This document shows positions 39,002 to 51,105 of a stretch of DNA of 64,000 bases, one piece after another. The notes under the pieces are model-generated. The model saw nothing but the letters and a program-made list of their open reading frames with translations. It did no database searches and was not told where the DNA came from. Position 1 is the stretch's first letter. Each line of letters opens with the position of its first letter. Position numbers and translations under genes: made by a program. The stretch comes from Hydrurus foetidus (taxonomy: Eukaryota), in NCBI GenBank assembly GCA_900617105.1, contig UYFQ01000645.1:1-64000 (forward strand), in the 5' to 3' direction.

Positions 39002-41570
39002 CTACCGTTACACACACATCCTCACCGACCTCGCGTCGGGACAATACTATCCTATATATACAAAAGACCGGTCCGCCTCTGAACTCTGTGCCCGCATTGC
39101 AGCCTTCTTCGACCTCACCCCCCAATGGAACCACAATACCCCTGGGGTTGATCGCTTCATCCGGCATGACCCAGAGGCCAACTACCGATCTGAAGAATTT
39201 ACTGCGCTTTGCGCCCGATACCGATACCGACTTGAGCACACTGCACCTCGTGACAAACATGCCAACGGCATCGCTGAGCGAGCAGTCGGCATTGTAGCTC
39301 TCAAGACAAACGTTGCCATGATAACCCCTGTTCCGCATGTGCCAATGAAGTTCTGGGACCTTGCAATGTCCTATGCATGTGTTACTCATTCCTTTAACCT
39401 TAACAAGCGTATTGGTACTTCTCCGTATCACTTCACTTCTGGGCAACACGTGGACATCAGGATGCTTCGACCATTCTGGGCACCCTGCTATGTCAAGCAC
39501 GCACCCAAAGATCAGAAAAGTAAAGTTGGGTCACCTCGTGCCTACCGTGCTCGGTTCGTTGGTTATAGTTTTACATCTATACTAGTACCACAATATTTAG
39601 TATTAGAAATACTACCCAAGAACACCTACGGTACTGTTCGAGTCAGTAAGGATGTCATCTTCGACATGCACAACAACTTCAAGCATGACTCAGATGCACA
39701 CTTCCCTACCGACGAGGCCTTCGCCCTCATCCCGTCCCTCTACTATACTGATAATAATAATGACCCTATTGTGGTGCCTGAGCGAGTCGACCTACCCGGC
39801 CTCCCCTCACCTGCACCCCTTATCGACCCCGACTATATAACCCCTGTCGCTGAGACAGAGCACTCAGTCAACGATGACATGATATACTGGTCCACCTACA
39901 CCAGTTCTTCCACATGCTTCCCTGTTCACCTCTTCCGTGTCCTGCACTACAACATAGCAGTCCAAATCAAGGATCCCTACATCCCCAAAGACTTCTGGAC
40001 CGCAATGCAGTACCCAGAGTGGGAACAGGCCATCAACACTGAGCGAACTAAGTTTGAAGTCAACAACTGCTTCCGGTCTGTTCCCTTCACCGGACAGCAC
40101 CTCGTACCAATGATGTGGCTCTTCAGTATCAAGACTGACGGCACCAAGAAGGCCCGCCTCGTAGGTCGTGGTGATCTCATGATACCCTGGGTCGACTTCG
40201 ACCCCTACGCAGTATACTGCGGTAATGTCAATGCGTCATCGATCAAGATTGCACTCGTCATAGCCGCAACCTACAAATTATCCATGCGGGGAGGAGATTT
40301 AGTAGGCGCCTACTTAATCACACTCGCTAACCCCGACTTTCCCGTTCACATCAAGACACCTCAAGGTTACACCACACCTTTTGGCACATGCTTTCAAGCC
40401 ATTGGCAACCTCTACGGTTTTCCACCAGCAGGCCAGAATTTCTCAAAGGAATTCGACAAATGTGTACGCGAATGTGGATACGAAAACACACCGTGGGACT
40501 TAAAGTTCTTCTTTAAGTGGGTCCAAGGTCAACCACTGATACTGATAGCACACTCAGACGACTTCAGATGGTTCGGACCACTTGCACTCATTAGCGAATG
40601 GGATCTCCTCATCGCTACATTCAACTCCCACAAGTATGAAGTCACCGACGCGACCTCCAAAGAGTTCGTCGGCATCCGCATTACATGCGATGAACACTTC
40701 AACTACTACATGGATCAGTCACGCATGATCACATCCATCGTATCGGAGGCCAACCTTGCTGGCGCCGCCGATGAGCATCTACCATATCCACCTTCTGGTG
40801 AGAGTCTGTCCAAGGCGGACAACTCTACCGATCTCGATAGGCACATGTATAATAAGTATCCCTACCGACGGGTAGTTGGTCAACTTATGTACGGAATGGT
40901 ACACACATTGATCACAATCATGTACGCTCTCAACATACTATCAAGATATAGTAACAGTCCAGGTGCAAGACACATCAAGTTCCTTAAGCACTTACTTCGA
41001 TATGTCAAGTACGCCAAGATGGATAGACTGAAATTCACCACACACGACGGTCCCACCGACATCGCTACGATGACCAGTCTACTGCAGTTGAAGTTCCAAT
41101 GCGACGCCGACCTCGCCGGTAACAAAGACAACCGTCACTCCCAGACCTCCTACATTGGCTACCTCGCCGACAATGTCATCTGCTGGAAGAGTACCGACCA
41201 AGGCAGCATCTCCTCATCAACTGCGGAATCCGAAATCAAGGCAGTTAATCACGCACTAAAATCCGATGTCATTCCCCTCCGGGGCATACTAAACCACATG
41301 GGATGGACACAAGCTCCTACAGTCATCGAAGAAGACAATTCTGCTTGTGTTGATGCTTCAAATCATACACACATGACCAAGAACCTTCGTCACATTGACC
41401 TGAGCGAAAACTACTTTAAGGACAAAGTCGCCGATGGTACCTGTGTCATTGTTAAAATCCCTTCGGGCGAAAACAACTCAGACATAGGTACGAAAAGAGT
41501 TCCACTACCACTTTTCGAATACCTAACGCACAGGCTCGTTGACAAGTCTTTACGAACTAATATTAAATAA
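38940..41570 (+). CDS. pol: C3 Pol: integrase core, RT, RNase H (uninterrupted)
   Basis: RHDPEANY, HANGIAERA, FVGY, SKDVIFD; KARLVGRG, GNLYG, HSDD; DADLAG, STAESE, EDNSAC, SDIGTK. Confidence 0.92.
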   Translation, partial: TTCIRLAFHYAYTHSTPSFRNYRYTHILTDLASGQYYPIYTKDRSASELCARIAAFFDLTPQWNHNTPGVDRFIRHDPEANYRSEEFTALCARYRYRLEHTAPRDKHANGIAERAVGIVALKTNVAMITPVPHVPMKFWDLAMSYACVTHSFNLNKRIGTSPYHFTSGQHVDIRMLRPFWAPCYVKHAPKDQKSKVGSPRAYRARFVGYSFTSILVPQYLVLEILPKNTYGTVRVSKDVIFDMHNNFKHDSDAHFPTDEAFALIPSLYYTDNNNDPIVVPERVDLPGLPSPAPLIDPDYITPVAETEHSVNDDMIYWSTYTSSSTCFPVHLFRVLHYNIAVQIKDPYIPKDFWTAMQYPEWEQAINTERTKFEVNNCFRSVPFTGQHLVPMMWLFSIKTDGTKKARLVGRGDLMIPWVDFDPYAVYCGNVNASSIKIALVIAATYKLSMRGGDLVGAYLITLANPDFPVHIKTPQGYTTPFGTCFQAIGNLYGFPPAGQNFSKEFDKCVRECGYENTPWDLKFFFKWVQGQPLILIAHSDDFRWFGPLALISEWDLLIATFNSHKYEVTDATSKEFVGIRITCDEHFNYYMDQSRMITSIVSEANLAGAADEHLPYPPSGESLSKADNSTDLDRHMYNKYPYRRVVGQLMYGMVHTLITIMYALNILSRYSNSPGARHIKFLKHLLRYVKYAKMDRLKFTTHDGPTDIATMTSLLQLKFQCDADLAGNKDNRHSQTSYIGYLADNVICWKSTDQGSISSSTAESEIKAVNHALKSDVIPLRGILNHMGWTQAPTVIEEDNSACVDASNHTHMTKNLRHIDLSENYFKDKVADGTCVIVKIPSGENNSDIGTKRVPLPLFEYLTHRLVDKSLRTNIK

Positions 41571-41777
41571 CATAAATACTTAATATCCATATTTCTAACA
41601 TACGTACTAATTTTACTATCTTATATGAGTGCACGCATATATTATAACTAACTTTTTACACTTTTTGCCAAATCTCCCGTACGGGGAGTACATCCTCAGT
41701 ACGGGGAGTATATATACACATATCATTCATTTCGATACTCTCAATAACACGTTCAGCTACATCTTCACTACGGGGAG

Positions 41778-42285
41778 TGTCAGTCCAGCATATTCATGCA
41801 TGATCTGTTAGCATAGTTTCATCTGTAGATTAGCATTCACATGTCACAAGTAGTGTAGCGCTTCCTCACCCAAAACACCGCCATACACTGTTGTGTACAT
41901 ACGCTCATCGTTCTTCTAGCGATATCCCCTTTCGGGGCCATCACCAAGCATCCGGTTTTTCACCACCAAGCATCCGGATTTCCACCAGGTATCCGGTTTC
42001 CACCAAGCATCCGATTTCATGAGCAGCGAGGGTTCCGCCCATTGCTCAATCGCCAACTTGAATATTCGCTGAATATGTTTCCACTTCGGCGATCACCATT
42101 TCATGCACAATGGATGCTTTGCTTTGCTTCTTTGATGGTTGTCTTCTCTGATATCATCGCCAGTTGTTTTACTACTTGATCGTTGTAAGTAAACACGTCT
42201 TCCGAGACCACTTCCATCAGCCAGTCTTTCCTTTGCGCTTCCGCAGCCAACAGGTAGCTCGCTTCACTCCACAGTCTGACTCACA
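41778..42285 (+). repeat. 3' LTR of C3
   Basis: Direct repeat of 35301-35808, followed by CCCCC. Confidence 0.95.
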
Positions 42286-44292
42286 CCCCCCATACAAACC
42301 CTTTCTCACATGGCTCTCACCCAAAATTCGAAAAGTTGAAATACCAGACAAGGTGCTAGCCCGCTTGCATCACACTACTACTTACCTACACTTAGAGTTG
42401 AACGATCATGAGAGACCTGAGTTACGATGTTTTCTTTGAGCCTGGTGGCATTTTGAAGTCTATCATTGCAGACCTTTTTGATTGCAACGGATTTCTTTTC
42501 TAGAAGAAGAATCTATTCGTGACTTTCTTCAAATCTTGCATGTCAAATCCAGATCATTGTGGTGATATCATTTCGTTATTACACAGCTTGGCATGCTGTT
42601 ATTTAAATATCTATGAGAAGCACGTATCAATCCCCAGTGGTTGCATTGTGAAAAGATTGAAATTGGGAATGTTAATGATTCTGAAGTTCGAATCAAATTG
42701 AGATGTTCATGTGGCGGAGCATTCTACGCAATTCAAAAAACTGCCTTGCATCCGAAATTTTATTGAGCGGGAACAGACTGACGTAAACGACGAAGGCATG
42801 CACGAGGACAGCGATTTACTGTATCTATTTCTTGAAAAGTTTCTCTACAAGAACTTTTGGAGCTGGTTAACAAGAGAAAAAGGGACTAATGTAAATGATT
42901 ACATTAAAGAGAGACCAAATGATGTTAACTATCCTTATTCTCTTGTCCTGCTTGACAAAGTGTATGATATTACGGGCTATTTGTGCGGTCATCGTGTCTT
43001 GAGTCTTTGAAAACGGATTACAAAGTTGTTTTTCAGGAGTTCTGGGAATCATCACGATATCCTACTGCAAATATGGCAATTGATGCATGTTTGCCAGCTA
43101 AGTTCTTACTATTTCGTCAGCATTCTGAGGGGTTTTATTTTGCTCGTGATGGAAATTATCAGTTTATTAAAATCATTCAGGCTATTTACATGCAGTCACA
43201 TTCAACTGATGTAATGATATTATTTAATTCTCTGGAACCGGTGAAACTTGTGGAACAAGTTATTTTGAAGTCATCTGTGGTACATCGCGCATTTCAGCAA
43301 TCGTGTTTCATGCATGCTGATCTTTTCTTTCCAGGGTTAGATCTCTCAACCGATAAGGGCATAACCGTGGCATGCGCTGCAATTATAGAGCAGATTTGGC
43401 GCACGAACTTTGCAACTTGAATCGACAGAAACGGTGATTGCACCAAGGATCTCCTCGCGTGTGAGATGAGCGAAAACAAGAAATTAAATGTAGGTGATTC
43501 ACAATGACTGGCTGAATTTTGCGGAAACTCACTGTCAATGTAATGTTGGTGATGTATGAAGTCATCTGGTATTTGGGTTTTGAGTGAAAGGCATGTGAGA
43601 AATATTTGAATCAGGGAGGGGTCCCCTCTCTCTACATACCCCCTTACCTACAGTACCTTCCTTGTACCCTACAGCCTGCAGTACCGCATCTTTTTTTTAA
43701 TCGGACTCTTGTTTTGATATCGCAAGTTGAATTGTGTACCAAGTGTGAAACGAATGGACTTGTTTCACGGGTGTTTGAATTAAATTAGGTGTGAGATGTG
43801 AAATTGCAAATTGACTATCTATGGGTGCGTTCGGTAAACTTGAAAATCCTACATTTCCCACGATTTTGGCAAAATGTCTTCATTTCCGACGATACAAGGT
43901 TTTTTACTGGACTGAGCGTTCGGTAAATTTGTTGCAGCGTGAGGAATCACGGAAAGTTGGGGGTTGAAACGATCCATGTTTTAAGTTTTAAAATGAATCG
44001 TGAGAACTGCAAGTTTTGAGATGAAGCTTTTAGGCCACCCGAAAAATTTGCTGTGTCTGCCTATACGCAGTACGCGCATATAAACGCAAACTGGATTTTT
44101 GCGTATATACGCGCGCATATACGCGCGCATATACACGAGCTTTACATATAAAATGCGTATGCATATATACGCAGTTCTCGGAAATGTGCGTATTGCGTAC
44201 ATATTTTTCCAATTTTTTGCGCATGGGCAGACGCAGAAAATTTGTGCTGTGGTTTTGTGCTGTAGACCCCTCAAAAATTTCGGACTAACCCT

Positions 44293-44501
44293 CGTGATAG
44301 TACCGGGTCCAGGGTCCCGATCCTACCGGGTACCGACTCTACCGGATCCTACCGGGTACTACTACTGTACACTACAGTTAGGCTGTAGTATCGTCGTAGC
44401 CTTCTGCAGCGTCCACTAAGAAGTTAAGTAGCTTCTAGCCTAGCGACTCTGTAACTAAGCCTACCACTCCTCGACCCCTTTCTCCATCTCTCCCGACCAC
44501 A
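44293..44501 (+). repeat. 5' LTR of G3
   Basis: Near-identical to 50897-51105. Confidence 0.93.
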
Positions 44502-45075
44502 ATAGATCTATTATCCTCGGGGAAATTTCTACTGCCCCTAATTCCCTCTACTCGTCCAAACTTTAGTTACGACTTCCAACACCTGAGTATTATTACTCAC
44601 GACATCTTCGGAGTCGAAATTCTTGCTGAGCTACGCTCCAAGAACTTAGTTTTAAGTTAGCGAAAGTTGGGCTTAGCCTCTTTCCTCTTGGAACCCATTA
44701 TTGGTGTCTCCAAAGTTCGTAGTTGGTTGAATTCGCGAAAGCCTTCACCACTCGACATTCTCAAACTCGTCGGTTTGCAATTTGAACATTGGATTCATTG
44801 CTAACGACACCAAATTAGTCTAAGGACTTCTTTTGGCTGGTGGGAATTACTTCCTTCATCCTTTACGGACACCAAAAATTTTCTCCACTCAAAAATTGGC
44901 TTTCACGCCTAAGAGATTTTCTCAACAAGAGTTGGTTGAAATCGACTTATTCGCTGTTACTTGCGTAAAGTACCCTCAAAGCTAACAAGGCGAAGCTCTG
45001 GCAAAATTTTTTGACGCGGAGATCCCTTCGTTGCTTAGACTTTGACGGATTTATAACGTCTTGAAGTCATATACC

Positions 45076-47303
45076 ATGGCAGATGACGAAGAAGCATCTT
45101 ATCCTCGTTACGACGATGAGGGTAACCTCATCGAACATCCTCCAGTTGTTGACACTGAGGAAGAGGAAGTGCTAGAAGAGGACGGGGGTATTTTAAATGC
45201 CACCCAAACCTCACAGTCTTCGGTGGCGCAGACTATCCTGTTTCCACAGACTATGCAGATGCAGCGAGAGATATTCGTCCTAAAAGGCGATTACATCACT
45301 CCGCAAGACGCTGAGAGCTTCTTTGAGCAAGCTCAGCGGCTGCCTCGCTTACGCATTAATGAATGCATGCAACGTCAAGCGATTGACTTGCTCCACGTCA
45401 AGATTATGACAGACGCCGCTCCTTCGTCCTGACACTAGAACAGAGGTTCGAATGGCAGAATATACTTGACATTGATTATGTTGCGAAACTAATCATGCAG
45501 TATTTTGGCTCGAATAAACAACGAGACCATGCAGATCATACCCTCGCGGAACTTTTCGCTAAGGTACCATTTCATTACTCACTAAATTCCGATGAGGAAG
45601 AGTTGAGCACGTACATGGCGTACAAAGAATTGGTAACCAATTACGAGCGCACCCGCCGTATCACTCCCAACCAACAGTTGATAACGATTTTGGAGAAACG
45701 ACTTGCTCGTGGCAGTCGTATCCAATCAGACTACTTTGAGTCTAAGAGGGTCGACACACAGTCACCCCCTACATGGGAGTCCGCCATGATGCGCGTCATC
45801 TCTGTCGTCTCCGCGGCACGCGAGGCTATTCGAATGAGCAGGAGCTACGGCAATCCTGATCTCATCTACTCGTTTCCGAGTACCGCAGTACCTCCTCTAC
45901 GTGCATCACAGAAGAGGGAGAGTACACTCGCGATTCGCGATGTGGATCCACCTAGCGGCAAAAGCACCCTAGCGGTTCGTACCTCATTGGATGTACCCCC
46001 AGTGGCTCCTCGAGTCTGCCGCTCGTGTGGAAATCCTGCACACATGCTTCCTGCATGCCCTGTGTTATATTACACTGACACAAACAACGATCACTCCATT
46101 CAATGGTCTGAATCAGCTGTTGGGCAGGCATGGTTAGCCAACGGTGAATCCATGTGGCAGGAAAGGTTAATCCTTCCTGGTTACGAAAACCGTCAGCGGC
46201 ACCACCCCGCTGGTTCCCCTCCTTTCTTGATGTTCACTAACAAGAAGTCAAAGAATAACCATGGGTCGGGTAACCAAAACAACCCCAACCAAGGGAACCA
46301 AGGTAATAACCGCGGTAACCAAGGTAATAACCAGGGTAACCAAAACAACCAGGGTAACCAAGGTTACCAAGGTAATAACCGCGGTAACCAAAATCAAGGT
46401 TATGGTAACCAGAGTGCTGGTAGAACCCCCCGTGGGGGTAAATACAACCCACCCCAGGGGGGACCCACCTCGTCTTCCGATTCAGCGGGACAAAACCAAG
46501 GTATAAATGATTATGATGTTGATTCATCTGACATTTTAAACCTACCGGATGTTGTGTCGTTCATTTCACATGTCGATACACTTCCAACGCTTATTCAAGA
46601 TGAATATTTGCATGACCCGTCTACCCTTCCTTCTAATTACTTAAACGTTACTGTTTCGGTACAGGATAAGGATACGGAGAACCAGACTAGCGTACGACGC
46701 ATTGTGGGCAAGGCCGTGTTGGACACCGCCAATTATTCTGAGGATTTTATTTCTTTCATTATGATTCAAAAATTAAATGCTATGCATCTCTGTTATGAGG
46801 CTCCTAAAGCCATAACTGTTTGCTCTGGTCTTGATGGCCATTGCTATATAAATAACGAAATTATTAATTTGACTCTCCAGTTTCATTCTTATGATGGCGA
46901 ATGTCACAAAATCCCTTTAACCTTGCGAGTTAATCGGAATACAGATATTGAACTTTTGTTAAGTCGCAACACTGTAAATAAATATGATTTTATGTCATTA
47001 ACACCTTTTGCTTTTGGTATCTCTCCTGAGCTCAGTGCGGAGAACAAAAGGAAAAGGGATATTCGTTGGCGCGAATTTGAAGAAAGGGAAGCGATAACAA
47101 AGCTTGACCCACTTCACTGGAGCAAATACACCAGGCGTATGATATCGGAGGGATTCCAACCCGAAGAACCAGAGGTAGAGTCGATTACCCCAACATATGA
47201 CTTGTTGAAGGGAATCACTAAGACGAAACTCGCTCTGAAAAGAGACCATACGGCCTTTGCCCGAAGCCAAAACCAAAGAAGGCCATTTTGCACGCACCTT
47301 TAA
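45076..47303 (+). CDS. gag: G3 Gag-protease (frameshift near 45430)
   Basis: CRSCGNPAHMLPAC knuckle; NQG-rich tract; VLDTA protease site and VCSGLD motif shared with G1/G2. Confidence 0.82.
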
Positions 47304-50300
47304 CCAAGGAAGTCGTGGGGTCAGGTTGTCATGCAACGTTCACGTGTAGCGTTACCCAGGTTGGTTCCGAGGGAGTAGCTACCCAAAGTCCATGTGGTGA
47401 TGTGGGTTGTGAGCGACTGGCTAGTGTCACGACTAGACTCGCAAAACGTACGGGTGATACCCCGCACCTAGGTGGTGACTCGATTCCCACCCTCACACAT
47501 ACCTCTGGGGACTCTGTTACATCAGACTATGACGTGGAAGCCGTATGGCCAAGCGGTGTCGCACTCTCCGTTGACGAGATTGACAATGACAAGACTGACA
47601 CTTTCGCACCTTTCTTGCGTGACAAGACGTGCCGAAATGTACCGCCCAATGGGCCGGATGATTTTTTGTCACAAATCCATTTTGAGGGAGATGAAAGCCT
47701 TCAGAAGGATTTGCGTACTCTCTGTTCAGAATTCGCTGATATTTTCAGTGATAAGCTAGCCCCGCAAGCTGCACATCTCAAGCCGTTTGAGATCAATTTG
47801 CCTAGGCAAAAATGGGAGGTTCCATCGAACCGCACACCAGTGCGCCCACAATCCTCTAAAAAGGAACATTACCTCCGCACTTCAATTGAAGAGATGCTGG
47901 AGGATGGTGTGATCGAGAGGTCGAACGCTGCATACTACAGTCATCCTGTAATGGTAAATAAGACAGCCGATACGTATCGAACCTGCATCGACTATCGTGC
48001 ACTCAATGAATGCATTGAGCCGGCCTCCTTTCCCCTACCCAATATCAAACACCTCTTTGAGAGGATCGGTAATAAAAAACCGGATATTTACGGAGTGATG
48101 GATTTAACCGCGGGTTACCACCAAGCACCTCTGTACACACCCCACCGAATCTATACCGCATTTATATGTTTCATGGGGGTGTTTCAGTTCACGAGATTGC
48201 CTTTTGGCCCTTGTCGAGCCCCCTCTTACTTTCAAGAGCAGATGGTGACAACGGTCCTTTACGGTCTTATATACAGCTGTTGCGAGATGTATCTCGATGA
48301 CTGTATCGTATATGGCCGGGGCGAAGCAGAGTTTCTCAAGAATCTGCGCAGCGTTTTTGAAAGATTTCGACTTAAAAATCTTAAGCTCAAAGCAAAGAAA
48401 TGCAGATTCGGTCTCAAACGTATCGAATACGTGGGACGAGTCATAGACAAAGATGGTTTATCCATGTCTAAAGAAAAGATTGAGACAGTACTCAACTTCC
48501 CTCTTCCTAAAGAAGTAACATCCCTTCGTGGATTTCTTGGCTTAGCCAACTATTTTCGTCAATTTGTACCGTTTCATTCGGACATGGTCAAACCACTTCA
48601 AATGATGGTGGACCCAAAGGCACTTAAACGTTCCCCCATATATTGGACCCCCGAGGGGACTTTGGCATTTAATGAGACTAAAATCGCGGTATCGCGTTGT
48701 CCTTTAATGTACTTCATCAATGATGATTCACCCATCAGATTATATACTGATGCATCCGACTATGGCATCGGTGGTGTACTCTTCCAAATTGTCGACACCG
48801 TGTGGAGACCAATTGCCTTCATCAGCAAATCTCTCTCGGCAACACAAATTAATTGGTCGACAATACAGAAAGAAGCTTATGCTATCTTTTTCTGTTGCCA
48901 ACAACTCGATTATCTCATTCGAGACCGTAAGTTCACTATTCATACTGACCATATGAATTTGACTTATATGAAACAAAACCCTACCTCAATGGTAACACGG
49001 TGGTTCATTGCAATGCAAGAACTTGATTTCACCGTACACTTTGTCAAAGGGACAGATAATGAACTTGCCGATGCTCTGTCACGGTTATGTCCAAACCTTA
49101 CCGAAATTGCTCTGCCTAAGACAATCAGGTCCGAGGGTGATACTTCATCATCATCTTCTTCATCGTCATCTTCTGCAGTTTCGGCTTTAACGGTTATTGA
49201 ACCGCCGACAGATGAACAGAATGTTTACATTCAAATGTGCCACAATGCAATTGTTGGTCACAACGGCGTCGACCGTACCCTCACTCGACTCTTTAGTCTT
49301 AACCACGTGTGGAAAAATATGAAACAGCACGTACGCTCGTTCATACGAAACTGCCCATGCTGTCAGAAATTGAGCGCAGTTGATACAAAAATCAGCGCTG
49401 CTCATTTTTCAACTTCAACGCATGCTATTTTCGATACATTAAATATCGATTATATTGGCCCATTCCCTGATAAAGGGTATATCCTTGTCATAATCGACAC
49501 CTTCTCCAGATGGACAGAAATGTTCTGGTGTAAGGATGCTACGGCTCAGTCTGCATGTGAATGCTTACTGACTCATTTTGGTCGATTCGGATCGCCAAAT
49601 ATGATTAGATCCGATCGAGGATCCCACTTCGCTAATGATCTCATTAAAGAGTTCTTAGACCTTACGGGGACACCCCATAATCTCACTTTGGCTTATTCCT
49701 CACAAGAGAATGCCATTGTAGAAAGGGTCAACAAAGAAGTGAATAGACACTTACGCGGTCTCGTGTTTGATACACCATCTCTTGAACACTATGCTAAATG
49801 CATACCATTCGTTCAACGTATCATTAACAGTTCAGTTAATCGACGAACAAATGCAAGTCCTGCTTCGATTTTATTCGGCAATAAACTTGATTTGAATCGG
49901 GGTATTTTAACACCTCATCTATTACCAACGTTGACATCTTCGAATTCAACATACATCACAGATCTCATCGATATACAGGACAAGGTCCTCGATGCAGCAA
50001 TCGGTTCTCTTCAGAAATGTGATGACAAACACAAAAAGTCCACACAAGGTGTGACAGTGTTCCCCATAGGGTCATATGTTCTTGTAAAACAGGAACACCC
50101 TCCTACTCGATTACACACAAAGTGGAAAGGTCCTTTCCGTGTTGTCTCCTTTGAGGGATCCGAGTATGTTCTCGCGAACTTAATTACACACAAGCACAAT
50201 AGTGTACATGTGAAGAATCTTAAGATTTTCAATTATGACCCATCGCTGGGCATACCTGCTGATACAGCACGTCGCGATTACATGGAGTATTTCGTTGAGA

Positions 50301-50503
50301 AAGTTCTTAGTCACACTGGTGATTCAAAGAAACCGACATCCATGTCGTTCCATGTTAAATGGCTCAACTATGATAACTCACATAATACATGGGAGCCTTG
50401 GAAGAATCTCCGGCTCTGTGATGCACTCCATGTATACTTGCGGAATAATAACATGTCACGTTTTATTCCCAAGAATCTTGAGGGATCAACCGATGAGGTT
50501 TGA
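47288..50503 (+). CDS. pol: G3 Pol: RT, RNase H, integrase, chromodomain (open 1071 aa)
   Basis: RTCIDYR, LPFG, YLDD; TDASDYGIG; HHCC; DYIGP/RSDRG/VERVN; WKGPF; YFVEKVLSH...FHVKWLNYDNSHNTWEPW. Confidence 0.96.
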   Translation: MHAPLTKEVVGSGCHATFTCSVTQVGSEGVATQSPCGDVGCERLASVTTRLAKRTGDTPHLGGDSIPTLTHTSGDSVTSDYDVEAVWPSGVALSVDEIDNDKTDTFAPFLRDKTCRNVPPNGPDDFLSQIHFEGDESLQKDLRTLCSEFADIFSDKLAPQAAHLKPFEINLPRQKWEVPSNRTPVRPQSSKKEHYLRTSIEEMLEDGVIERSNAAYYSHPVMVNKTADTYRTCIDYRALNECIEPASFPLPNIKHLFERIGNKKPDIYGVMDLTAGYHQAPLYTPHRIYTAFICFMGVFQFTRLPFGPCRAPSYFQEQMVTTVLYGLIYSCCEMYLDDCIVYGRGEAEFLKNLRSVFERFRLKNLKLKAKKCRFGLKRIEYVGRVIDKDGLSMSKEKIETVLNFPLPKEVTSLRGFLGLANYFRQFVPFHSDMVKPLQMMVDPKALKRSPIYWTPEGTLAFNETKIAVSRCPLMYFINDDSPIRLYTDASDYGIGGVLFQIVDTVWRPIAFISKSLSATQINWSTIQKEAYAIFFCCQQLDYLIRDRKFTIHTDHMNLTYMKQNPTSMVTRWFIAMQELDFTVHFVKGTDNELADALSRLCPNLTEIALPKTIRSEGDTSSSSSSSSSSAVSALTVIEPPTDEQNVYIQMCHNAIVGHNGVDRTLTRLFSLNHVWKNMKQHVRSFIRNCPCCQKLSAVDTKISAAHFSTSTHAIFDTLNIDYIGPFPDKGYILVIIDTFSRWTEMFWCKDATAQSACECLLTHFGRFGSPNMIRSDRGSHFANDLIKEFLDLTGTPHNLTLAYSSQENAIVERVNKEVNRHLRGLVFDTPSLEHYAKCIPFVQRIINSSVNRRTNASPASILFGNKLDLNRGILTPHLLPTLTSSNSTYITDLIDIQDKVLDAAIGSLQKCDDKHKKSTQGVTVFPIGSYVLVKQEHPPTRLHTKWKGPFRVVSFEGSEYVLANLITHKHNSVHVKNLKIFNYDPSLGIPADTARRDYMEYFVEKVLSHTGDSKKPTSMSFHVKWLNYDNSHNTWEPWKNLRLCDALHVYLRNNNMSRFIPKNLEGSTDEV

Positions 50504-50896
50504 GTTCGAACGTATTATCTTTTGAAGATTTTTTTAGCCTAATTTTTTGCCCTTTTCTAAGGGATTTTTATGGTTTTTTAGTCAGTAAAAATCTAACATA
50601 ATTACGTTTTCGACCCTCGTACAACAGTACTCTACTGTTTTTGTACAACCCCACCTTATCTTTCGACATCGAACCCCTCTTCTCTGCACCTTTTCTTTTG
50701 TAAAACTTTTTATGTTCACTTTTATTATTATTTTTTCAAATTTTCGATTTTGCAAATTTGTCAATATTTTTATTTTTGTTTTTATTTTTATTTTTATTTT
50801 TATTTTGCATGTTAAGTTTTGCAAAGAAACAGGGGTTTCGATTTAGTTCAGATTTAGCTTAGATTTTTTAGAAAGAAAGAAAGATAAGTGGGGTAA

Positions 50897-51105
50897 TGTG
50901 GTAGTACCGGGTCCAGGGTCCCGATCCTACCGGGTACCGACTCTACCGGATCCTACCGGGTACTACTACTGTACACTACAGTTAGGCTGTAGTATCGTCG
51001 TAGCCATCTGCAGCGTCCACTTAGAAGTTAAGTAGCTTCTAGCCTAGCGACTCTGTAACTAAGCCTACCACTCCTCGACCCCTTTCTCCATCTCTCCCGA
51101 CCACA
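50897..51105 (+). repeat. 3' LTR of G3
   Basis: TGTGGTA...GACCACA after the PPT. Confidence 0.95.

Larger units (their letters stand above)
35301..42285 (+). mobile_element. Ty1/Copia retrotransposon C3 with 508-bp LTRs and TSD CCCCC
   Basis: LTRs 35301-35808 and 41778-42285 (4 substitutions seen by eye); CCCCC on both flanks; PBS TGGTAGCGATT; PPT GGGGAG. Confidence 0.95.
44293..51105 (+). mobile_element. Full-length Ty3/Gypsy chromovirus-like retrotransposon G3 with 209-bp LTRs and 4-bp TSD CCCT
   Basis: LTRs 44293-44501 and 50897-51105; CCCT at 44289-44292 and 51106-51109; PPT AGAAAGAAAGAAAGATAAGTGGGG; the 5' LTR starts CG rather than TG. Confidence 0.95.

Noticed and set aside
42290..43600. 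Decayed coding-like fragments
   Set aside because: Multiple stops and no motif I can assign
43823..43930. GGGTGCGTTCGGTAAAC Harbinger-like terminus
   Set aside because: No partner TIR found in the window
47280..47303. Programmed -1 frameshift in G3
   Set aside because: No canonical slippery heptamer, and G2 has PR-RT in one frame; more likely an indel
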